Source of the DNA: a virus
Taxonomy: Duplodnaviria > Caudoviricetes
Virus record (IMG/VR): IMGVR_UViG_3300033121_001553
Location: 32,001 to 96,000 of that record
DNA length: 64,000 bases
Strand: one strand, 5' to 3'
The notes beneath the pieces were generated by a model that saw only the letters and a list, made by a program, of their open reading frames with translations, did no database searches and was not told the origin of the DNA. A program made the translations under genes and the position numbers. Below, piece after piece: positions 50,801 through 58,782 of this stretch; position 1 is the first letter of the stretch, and each line of letters opens with the position of its first letter.

Positions 50801-52758
50801 CCAGAAGCAAAAACTTTCATAAAGCTGATTGCTATCGTCTTTCCAGACTCAAGCAGTTTATTAACTGCTGGTGACTTGTCGGAGAAGACCTTCTGGAAGA
50901 CAGCGTACAAACCGCCGTTTTGATCTCCGATGAGATCTTTAAGGTTTAGCGTAACAAAAAATTTCTTGAATACATCTCTCACGTCACCGAGCATCTGCTG
51001 AAATTTCTTTTTATCGAAAATTTCTATGAAAGACTTCAGCGCTGTCTTTACTGCTCCGCCACCGAAAGTATCGACGAATATGCGTCCAACCTCACGTCCC
51101 ATAAGAAACGTCTGATTTAGAGTTGTACGAATCGATATCATTAGCTCTCTAAATTCTTTAGTGCTCTTGATACCAGCAATGAAACCCTGGAAAAACCTGT
51201 CTACGAATCCACCACTTCCAAGCATCTGACCGTCTTTTACGAGACGCTCGATCTGATCAGCAACGCGCTTCAATGCTTCACCAGTAGAGATCTGCTGCGC
51301 AGCGCTCTTAGCTGCTTCTTTCTTTACATCATCGTAAGACTTCGACAAGCCGTCTTGACTAAATGCGAGTCGCAATGAAGCATCGTCCATCTTCAACGTG
51401 TCTGCTAGCGCTTTTCTTTGAAACTTATTCATTGACTCGTAGCTATAGCCAGCTTCTGCTATTGACTTTTGAATCATGCTGAACTGCGCTGCAGGATCTT
51501 CTTCCATCATCAACGAATACGCGTCTACTGACGCGCCGAATGCTTGCGCGAGCTTCGATGCTGCTTCTGCACCGCCCTCGATCGAATCGAACTGATCAAG
51601 CGTACTCTTCAGCTGTTCGGCTGACAGACCAAGTCGTTGCATTTGCGCTGCAGCTGATGCGATTGTTTTTGTATCAAGGTAGTTTGGCCCAAACTGCTTC
51701 TGGATCACTGCCATCTCGCGTGAGACCATCTTCGCCGACAGCCCCCAACCCTTGTTTGCATCAGTCATTCCGCGCGAAACTTTAGCCCAGTCAGCCTGCA
51801 TCTTCACGAGTGTTGTACCGCTTGACTTAGCGTGCACAGCCATGAGCTTCATCTCTTCGGCAGAGTGCCCAAGCGCTTTTCCGAAGCCAAGCACGTAGCC
51901 AGACGTATCACGAAATTCATTCTGTATTACGTTAAAAACAGCACCGAACTTATCAGCTACCTCACGTATGTAGTTCAACTGTTCGGCCATATCGCCGAAC
52001 ACTTGCATAACGCCAAGACCAGAGTCTTTAAAGGTGTTATTTAGCGTTTTGAAACCAGTTATGACAGCTGACGCAGGGCCCTGCTGAAAGCTGCCAAACA
52101 CCTTTCGCACTTCTTCGTAAGCGCGTGCAAGCTCGTTCCCGCCACCACCCTCCTCTGCGAGAGAGATAAGACCTTCAAGCATCTTGAATGGTATCGAAAT
52201 TATCGCTTTACCAATATTGAATATACTTTCGACAAATCCACCAACTGCGCCAAGTCCAACACGTAGAATTGCAGATGTATTCTTTATGCCCTCATAAAGA
52301 CCTTTTGCTCCACCAGTTGCAGCTGCGGCTCCAATTGCCATATCGCCATATTCATCGTTCAACTGCTTCAAAACATCGATCTTTCGAAGCATGCTGCGTG
52401 AAAGAATATTGAAGATCGCATGTTGCTCTTTAGAACGTCCCGTTGAACGCACTTGCGCTGCCGATAGAAGATCTGAAGCTGATGTCGCTTTCTCGCTTGC
52501 CTCAGCTAGAGCTTCATTCGCTGCTTGTGTATCATTTATGCCAATGCGTGCATCGCGCATTGCAGATGTAAGAGACTTAGCGCTTGCTGCGACATTATCC
52601 AAGCCTGCACCAGACTTTGCGTAAGCGTTCATCGTTTCACGCATCGCGTCAAGCAAGTCTCTCTGAGAACTTATTGAATTTGCAATCTGCTCTTGCAAAC
52701 GAAGTTGATTCTCAAGCAGAGCATTTATCTGTTTTGTTATCTCAAGATTATCTGCCAT
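47875..52758 (-). CDS. Tape measure protein
   Basis: 1627 aa, Ala/Gly-rich helical with a hydrophobic central region; canonical position after tube and chaperone. Confidence 0.85.
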   Translation of the reverse strand: MADNLEITKQINALLENQLRLQEQIANSISSQRDLLDAMRETMNAYAKSGAGLDNVAASAKSLTSAMRDARIGINDTQAANEALAEASEKATSASDLLSAAQVRSTGRSKEQHAIFNILSRSMLRKIDVLKQLNDEYGDMAIGAAAATGGAKGLYEGIKNTSAILRVGLGAVGGFVESIFNIGKAIISIPFKMLEGLISLAEEGGGGNELARAYEEVRKVFGSFQQGPASAVITGFKTLNNTFKDSGLGVMQVFGDMAEQLNYIREVADKFGAVFNVIQNEFRDTSGYVLGFGKALGHSAEEMKLMAVHAKSSGTTLVKMQADWAKVSRGMTDANKGWGLSAKMVSREMAVIQKQFGPNYLDTKTIASAAAQMQRLGLSAEQLKSTLDQFDSIEGGAEAASKLAQAFGASVDAYSLMMEEDPAAQFSMIQKSIAEAGYSYESMNKFQRKALADTLKMDDASLRLAFSQDGLSKSYDDVKKEAAKSAAQQISTGEALKRVADQIERLVKDGQMLGSGGFVDRFFQGFIAGIKSTKEFRELMISIRTTLNQTFLMGREVGRIFVDTFGGGAVKTALKSFIEIFDKKKFQQMLGDVRDVFKKFFVTLNLKDLIGDQNGGLYAVFQKVFSDKSPAVNKLLESGKTIAISFMKVFASGLEWGARTLTEGIRKLIDFIKTGDFSLDTSGAQGILMQILDPIIKLIKSDAWRGLWDAFTSLFDIITDKIGDYFNKPSVQSKIKKAMIYLSLAMFGPAVMQSVFAAGAGAFATGIVNLIATKKQEAVAKKAGSAATAAANAGSTAKDLAEQAKDLPAAATAVQQTAKAQSAMSKVKFGAAEAATMAMKLAAVGIVIYIGLVPLAKRVKEAADILKDVSFSSLTKTMITLGGMIVGMAALNELAKRMKDTSAKDIGTALLTIAGITLTFSTNMFIIGVAMKAIDAMGVSPDTLSKGVGIMAKLALAMVPMTAVVGVIGGIIAVAVQSGVGGAAIAGVIGGALAGIAATIGVFAIGITMIGAVFKDMKDDEISKIERGTSLMRSLAVTLGALGLSIIAMSGVGLLTMNPFTFVSIVVGIKAVSAFSEQMVEQVKNLLTKIEQLPEPSVIGPKVKIFVDVVDTFSKFSSSMVSVIELAKPGLGQLYGLIGPSFTDTLSEIGTFVGTTISALQFTIDTIVKKASELNVTAELEKSMNFLTSSLRATSEIMKALTPSGEIIDGAKSVLPKLAGINTLEEVGYFAGSMIQKIGTVIDLIIGRMNSPEFAKITDENLTKMERMGSIMSSFANVLKSIMPSDKMLETLKSSVGGGALAAGIDPNAIGAAGKFISTYLEGMKELLPAMTGGIINSLIAGAEQLTSKDISKIDAISKAITSFGGFISSMSSATKSVPKNVDNADTAFTSIGDVLMGISSSIEGFISTLTSKMNVFELFSQSSGVVGTLESTVQTVKQISTSVSDALLSMRNLASAMGEVATVQMTQVDTSSFAMMSDNIKIISFTLSDSFAADIISASEKLTKIGNAIKSGGIERSLSAVSDMIKRVNELNDTLADGKLNTINVPAKLEAVAKGVGLGGKFNYQIQNKDVVINVNLNVTMEAGKVENVIIKRKSSVIRQHLVNAAYETKEGFPATDLKNEGSLPD

Positions 52759-52786
52759 GGCCCACCAGTAACACCAGAATGCGTAT

Positions 52787-52835
52787 AAAAAAAACTTCTT
52801 CGCCCGGTAACGGTTTTTATTGACCGTCCGGGCGA
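52787..52835 (-). terminator. Hairpin plus U-tract in the leader of the tape measure gene
   Basis: Outer stem TCGCCCGG/CCGGGCGA (52800-52835), inner ACGGT/ACCGT, T8 run 5 nt downstream on the minus strand. Confidence 0.55.
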
Positions 52836-52876
52836 GATTTTTGAAAATTTCGTTCTGCAGCTCACCGCATAAGTAA

Positions 52877-53152
52877 CTAGGTGAATCTGCGTGTTCTCGT
52901 TGGCGCGTGAGGATTTGTCATTCCCTGAAGTGCTCTTACGTCTGGACTATTCTGATGTGCTGCACGTGTTCTTGCGCCGCCATCATCACCATTTTTATTT
53001 ATCTCTTTGTTGATTCTTTCAATCCACCATTGCTTCATAACAATTGGCATATTGTAACCTTCGATGTACGAGAACCCACCGTAGTACATGAGATTGAAGA
53101 TGGGCTCCCATATAAGGCTAGCTTTATTTTCTGGCTGATGGCCAAAGAAAGT
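52877..53152 (-). CDS. Second tail-assembly chaperone ORF (candidate frameshift extension of 53124..53981)
   Basis: Frame is open from 53152 (TFFGHQPENKASLIWEPIFNL) but the first ATG is at 53089; ends TAG. Confidence 0.6.
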   Translation of the reverse strand, partial: TFFGHQPENKASLIWEPIFNLMYYGGFSYIEGYNMPIVMKQWWIERINKEINKNGDDGGARTRAAHQNSPDVRALQGMTNPHAPTRTRRFT

Positions 53153-53981
53153 TTATTCCGATTGGAATGCTAACCTCCTGATCGGCTCCACACTTCGAGC
53201 ACGTACAGTTCTGTTTTGTGTCTACGCCAGGTTCGTTCGAGTCAATAAACTCGCGCAATGCCAAACTATCTCGTGCAGGCATGTTTTTTATGAAGCTGAC
53301 TGTGTGATGACCAGCCTGCACACCAGCTATTGATGTTACGCATGATACAAGCTTTGTTGTAACGTTGCTATCGATGCGTGATCCAAGCTTTTTTGCTGCT
53401 TCTTGCGTCTTCGTAATATTGTCTTCATCGTAGCCAGTCAGAAACTTGAACATTACATCTCTTTTCGTAACCGGTAGAGTAAATTTAAACTCGTTTACTC
53501 CTTGTGTTACTGGCTCGATCATGAGACGCTTCAGACCGAGCTGCGCTAGATCAAATACATATTCGAATTTTTCTGAGCATTCGTTGCATGTGATCTCAGC
53601 TGAATAGTCGGCGCCGTAGCCAGTAATTCGCACTGCGAACATGAGCGCAGTTTTATCACCAGAGAGCATGCTATTCACGTCTATTCGCTTGTCAACAAGA
53701 CAACTCTTAATGAGCTCGTTAATGACAGTGCCCTTCTTCAGCAACGCTCTGCTCGTAAGAATGTCTTCTTCTCTTGTCGTCATAGGCCTAATGTCGACAG
53801 TCTCGCACATGTGTAGAGCATTATCAGGTGAATAGATAACGCCTCTGCTTGGAATCGGTACGGTCTCTTGCGGTATGTCCAAACCAAGCTCAGCGAGCAG
53901 TTCATCGTTTGACTTCGTTTTTACGTTATTTGCTTGAGCGCTTTGTAGAACAGCTGGATTTATTCTATCTGATGACATCAT
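53124..53981 (-). CDS. Tail/baseplate-hub assembly chaperone (T4 gp26/gp51-like)
   Basis: IPSRG, RPMTTREEDIL, two CxxC motifs and C-terminal FLWP; lies between tube and tape measure genes. Confidence 0.75.
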   Translation of the reverse strand: MMSSDRINPAVLQSAQANNVKTKSNDELLAELGLDIPQETVPIPSRGVIYSPDNALHMCETVDIRPMTTREEDILTSRALLKKGTVINELIKSCLVDKRIDVNSMLSGDKTALMFAVRITGYGADYSAEITCNECSEKFEYVFDLAQLGLKRLMIEPVTQGVNEFKFTLPVTKRDVMFKFLTGYDEDNITKTQEAAKKLGSRIDSNVTTKLVSCVTSIAGVQAGHHTVSFIKNMPARDSLALREFIDSNEPGVDTKQNCTCSKCGADQEVSIPIGINFLWPSARK

Positions 53982-54014
53982 TCACATAATAAAATTTACG
54001 ACTTCGTAGTAAAC

Positions 54015-54042
54015 AAAAAAAGGGGCCCTTGCGTGACCCCTT
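54015..54042 (-). terminator. Rho-independent terminator after the tail tube gene
   Basis: Minus strand AAGGGGTC-ACGCAAG-GGCCCCTT followed by a T run. Confidence 0.8.
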
Positions 54043-54069
54043 CAAAATGCGAATGTTACAATGCAAAAA

Positions 54070-54561
54070 TCAATACTGAAGTATGCAGTTATCGAATCTG
54101 ATAGAAAGAGAAATTTCCATTGGCGCTGCGTCTGCGCTGTAGTCGAGATCACCAAACGCTACGCTTGTAAGCATTGCGCCCTTGATATCCCAGAGCTCGA
54201 TAACGTTACCGATCGGATCAAGCATCTTCAGCTGAACATCTCGTTTGTAAAAGTCAGCGTACCCAGCGCGACCGGACACAGACTCGTAATGCAGTCTAAT
54301 CCACTCCATCACCTGCTGCGCTCCAGACGGTGCTATCGCATCCGTGATGACAACTTCCATTGGTTCGAACGTTGTTTTCCCAGCGATGTAACGCGTTGCA
54401 TTGATCCAAGATATCGTATGCTCAACGGTTGTGTACTTTGGACGCGCTGATTTCTTAATCAGAAATGCGTCGATACCTTCAATGCTAAGAACCCAACGCG
54501 TATTGCGCTTTGGCTCAAACTTATTTGGGAGCATTGAGGTTACGTCTAGGGTCTCAGCCAT
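54070..54561 (-). CDS. Tail tube protein (T4 gp19-like)
   Basis: FEPKR..RW, AGK, YKRDVQLKMLDPIG.VIE.W.IKGA...FGDLDY motifs; strong RBS (AGAGGA). Confidence 0.9.
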   Translation of the reverse strand: MAETLDVTSMLPNKFEPKRNTRWVLSIEGIDAFLIKKSARPKYTTVEHTISWINATRYIAGKTTFEPMEVVITDAIAPSGAQQVMEWIRLHYESVSGRAGYADFYKRDVQLKMLDPIGNVIELWDIKGAMLTSVAFGDLDYSADAAPMEISLSIRFDNCILQY

Positions 54562-54629
54562 TTTCTCTTTCCTCTGTTACTTTCTTCAACTAGAACTAAC
54601 TATGCGTATTCTTTCGTTCAACGCAAAAT

Positions 54630-54971
54630 TTATAGCGGACTCCACTTTGACGTTTGCTTCGTAAAACGCATTGGCTTATAGCCACGTACTCTTGGCACAG
54701 CTTCAATGTAATTTGTTCCATCATCATCAAATTCATTTTTGAGATGATAAAAGTCCAGCACCTTGTCGCTTGGTATATTAAGCTCCTTAGCGAGAGATGC
54801 AGCTGCATCAGCGTTTTGTCTCTGCTCGGCGTCTTGTCTACCGACATTGTACTTTGTGCTGCCAGCACTGCTTGGAGCACCGCCTGTGATACCAAGATTG
54901 CCGATTTCGCTTAGTACTTCTCTGATTATTCTTTTTACGTCTTCTTCTCTAACAAATCTTTTTGACTTCAT
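54630..54971 (-). CDS. Hypothetical protein with propeptide-like N-terminus
   Basis: MKSKRFVREEDVKRIIREVLSE. Confidence 0.75.
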   Translation of the reverse strand: MKSKRFVREEDVKRIIREVLSEIGNLGITGGAPSSAGSTKYNVGRQDAEQRQNADAAASLAKELNIPSDKVLDFYHLKNEFDDDGTNYIEAVPRVRGYKPMRFTKQTSKWSPL

Positions 54972-55237
54972 AATGATCTCCAGGTCCTTGCAACAGGATC
55001 CCAGCTAAGTGAATTCATAGCATTCTCTCGTGAACGTGCGTACAACGCTCCATCTTCAAGCGTTAGTCTATACTCTGCTTCAAGCTTATCTTTCGGTAGA
55101 TTGAGCGTCTTTTGCAATGCTAGATACGCACCAAAAAATTCTCTATCAACTTCGCCTTTCGTAAGTTCTTTAATGGCTTCTTCTGTAAGCAAAGCGCTCG
55201 CAATGTAAGCCCGAAGTTCAGAAAGGCGAAATTTCAT
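54971..55237 (-). CDS. Hypothetical protein with propeptide-like N-terminus
   Basis: MKFRLSELRAYIASALLTE (ATG 55237); ends WRS-TTA overlapping the next ATG. Confidence 0.75.
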
Positions 55238-55719
55238 TCTCCAACCCAAGCAGGAATCTTAGCAGCAGCTGCAGTTACATACTTTAGTATGCTTTGAAGC
55301 GCAACGTAAGCATCTCTTGAATGCGCAAGATTCGTTTCTTTTGACTTATCGTATTTTGCTGCTGTACTAACAACAATCATGAAGATGTCTTTGAAAGCTT
55401 TCAGCTCGGCTGCCGCTTTCGCATTATCTGAAATCTGATCGATATCCATAACGCTTTGAGACAGCTGAACAAGAATAGTTTTCGCAGCAGTTAGCAACTG
55501 AAACATTTCTTCTGGCGTTTTATCTTCGCCAGAAGCAGGATTGTAATTTGCTGTTTTCGCTGCAAGCAGCTTTTTTAGCTGATACAATTTGTACGTTACG
55601 TTACGCAGTACGGCTTTTGCCTGTTCTTGCGTGAATGTACCTTCCTGCAGGAGCAAACGATCTCTGTACTCCTGCAAGATTAGATTACGTATTTGTTTTG
55701 GTGTTAGCTTGTATACCAT
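55234..55719 (-). CDS. Hypothetical protein with propeptide-like N-terminus
   Basis: MVYKLTPKQIRNLILQEYRDRLLLQE. Confidence 0.75.
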   Translation of the reverse strand: MVYKLTPKQIRNLILQEYRDRLLLQEGTFTQEQAKAVLRNVTYKLYQLKKLLAAKTANYNPASGEDKTPEEMFQLLTAAKTILVQLSQSVMDIDQISDNAKAAAELKAFKDIFMIVVSTAAKYDKSKETNLAHSRDAYVALQSILKYVTAAAAKIPAWVGE

Positions 55720-55737
55720 GATGTCCTGCTGTGATTA

Positions 55738-58700
55738 TAACGCTGGGATGCTGTTCGATACGACGAACTCAAGCGAAACGAACTCAATAGAACGCGTTGG
55801 TTGCACGTAGATCTTGCCACGAATCGTGTTGTTCTCTACGTCTGCTTGCGTTGTTGTCGTTGTGTCAATCTTTACGAGGTAGCGATCGACACCCGCGTTC
55901 TTCTTTGCTTTATCGAGGATTGGCTCAACAGCAGAAGCGAATCTTGCGAGCGTTGCATCTCTATTTGGCTCGAACAAGAATGTTCTTGCAACGTTTCTTA
56001 CGTCTCTTCTGAGAGAGATGAGCAAACGTCTTACGTTCACGCGATCGAGCGCTGACTGCGCTGCGAGCAGCGTCTTCTGTCCCCATACGACGGGTGCCTG
56101 TCCTGGGAACGAAACGATTGGGTTGATGTCTGCATCGTACAACACGTTCATGTTGTCCTTCGACAGCTTGACAGCAACGTTGACTGTCGTATTGAGCGCG
56201 CCACGCGTAAAGCCAGCTGGAGCGAACCATGGGAACGCGAGTCTATCATTCAACGCAAGCGCGCCGAGTACAGCGACAGATGGCGGGCACTGCACATTCG
56301 AATTTGTCGTTGGGTCTGTTATCACGACGTCTGGGAAGTACGCTGCACCGAACGAAGAGTCGAGACCACGGTTCAAGAACTCCTGCGACGTGTTGTTGAC
56401 GCTTGGGAGCTGAGCTGATGATGTAACAACAAAGTTGCTGCTGTCTCTCTCTTCGACGTCCATGATGTACAAAGCGTCGAATCTGTCTTCCGTTGCAAGC
56501 AACGCAGCGTCAGTAACAACTGAGTGTCTGATGCCTGGGATCGCGATTATCTGCGCATCGATATTCGTTACTTCCTTCACGATATCAATTGCCTTTATGT
56601 ACGATCTTACAGAAGGGCCAAGGTTAGTTCCGCGACCGTTACCGCTCTCCATATCCTGCGTTACGGCAATGTTGCTGATCTTTGACTCTTCTTCGTTGAA
56701 GATATTGACACCATCAAATCCGCCCTGCATGAAGAAGCTGAACTTGATGTATTTCTTATTTGGAGTTGTCAAGTCTGACGTTGACAACGCACGTGTCTTC
56801 GCTGTGTCGTCAGCTGTGATCGAACCGTTACGAACGTAGACAGCTTCGTTCCACTTCGTAGAGTCTGCGTACGTATTCGATGCTGTCGTCACCTTGATGT
56901 TTTCTAGCGAGAATACGTTCATGCAGTAACGATCTGCGTCGAGGATACCGTTTGCAGCTGTATCAGCCACACCCTGGTTATCAGCAGCAACAACATTCAT
57001 ATTTGTGCTGTAGAAATTTGGCATGTAACGAGCGTATCCGTCGAATGAACGATTACGTGCAACGCTAGAATTTAGCTCGTTTACATTCGCGCTGTGCTCG
57101 AACTTCACGCCCCAGTAAAACAACGGTTGGACTGTCTGTTTCTGACCCGTTCCGAGCGTAATGTTCTGACGTAGCGGAACAGGTGGTGTAAGCGTACGCT
57201 TTGCGCATAGCAACGAGTCAAGTTGCGAACTTGTAACTGCTTGCAGCGGAGCAGAACCGCTTGTGACAAGATGAGCAATGCCACGTATACCCATTGGCAA
57301 TGCAGTTGCATCGATTTCGCCATTTTCGACTGTTGTCGATACTTCTACTCTTACGTAACGTGACTTCTGCGGATAGTTACCAGCTGTCACAAGCTTCTGC
57401 GACTTCTCTACACGATTCCAGTCATAGTACGTGTAAAGATCACCGATTGCCTTTGCAACGTAACGATCAGAGCTTGGATCGAGCGAGAGACCTCTGAACT
57501 GCTCGAGTATCTTTACGTCAGTATCTCTATCAGTAATGTCTCTGATAATCAGATCGAATGTACCGTACTGGTACGCCGTGTCTGACGACGGTGTAAGATT
57601 TTCAATAGAGAACTTGATCTTGTTTGCCGTGCTTTCGCCGTCATCGATCGCATGCAGTCTAAAGAGGTTCTTGGCAACGCCACCGAACTTCTGAGATACG
57701 ATCCAAGGCGTCTTTGCAGCGCTGTATCGATCTTCAAAGTTCTCGTAGTTTGGCACAGTTGTCGAACCCGCATTGCGCCCAAGGGAGCTTGTTAGCAAGA
57801 ACGCAGCAGACTCAGCGCCAACAAGCGGTGCTGTAGAAGTTGCGCCCGCACCGCTCAATACGCTAACATAACCTGCACCCGTTACAACAGCGACAGCGCT
57901 ATGCACATCCCAGCTTGCGTAGAGATAATGACCAGCTTGCTGAAGTTTGAATGGATCAGTATTGAAAACATTCGCAAAGTAGTTTGGCGCCGTTATGTCA
58001 AATGACGCCGTAATGCAGTTAGGATACTTTGCGTCTGTACCCTTGTGACCATTCAGCAGCATTACGAATTCTTGCTTTGAAACGCCGCCAGCCGTTAGAA
58101 CAACTGTGCCAACAGCTGAACCTCTAGCAGAGGCGTCATCTGCGATAAGAGATGAAACTGGCTTGACGCTATTCTCAACAGATGAAGACAGTCTGAGCAG
58201 AACACCAGATGCCGCCATAAGTACGCCTCTTATGATCGGTACAGAGCTTGAGATATCTGGCGTTATACCGCCAGTTCCCTGAAGTCCTGCGCTGGAGAAG
58301 AACGTCGAACCATTGCTCTCAGACATCAGACATCCCAGGAAATATGTTCTTCCTGGAACACCATTTGTATTTGCATACGGATTCGACGTTATTGTACCAA
58401 CAGTCGACGGTTGATTTTCGCCAACAACAAAACCTGCTGCTGCAACTGTATCATCAGTCTCACGTTTCTTACCCTGACCAACGCCAAGAACACGCAAGTA
58501 AGTGGCTGCTGACGCATTATTCAGCCACTCACGCACTGCGAGTGGACCGAACTTCTTACCGTCAGTTTTACCGAAGACTCCCTGGAAGTCGTTGAAGTTA
58601 CCAAACGTTGTTGGAACAAACGCTGGTCCTTTCTGCGACGTACCAATGATGACTGCGGGTATTCCAGTAACTTCTGCTGCTACAGGAGCCGATAGATCTT

Positions 58701-58740
58701 TTTCGCTTGCGTTAACACCGCCGCTGCCGTTTTTTGCCAT
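55738..58740 (-). CDS. Tail sheath protein, copy 2
   Basis: KGPAFVP, PWFAPAGFTRG, INPI, WGQKTL, DRVNVRRL and FEPN motifs; ends PA-TTA-TAA. Confidence 0.93.
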
Positions 58741-58782
58741 TTTCTCTTTACCTAACTAGCATTGCAGACGCTATTCTTCGTA

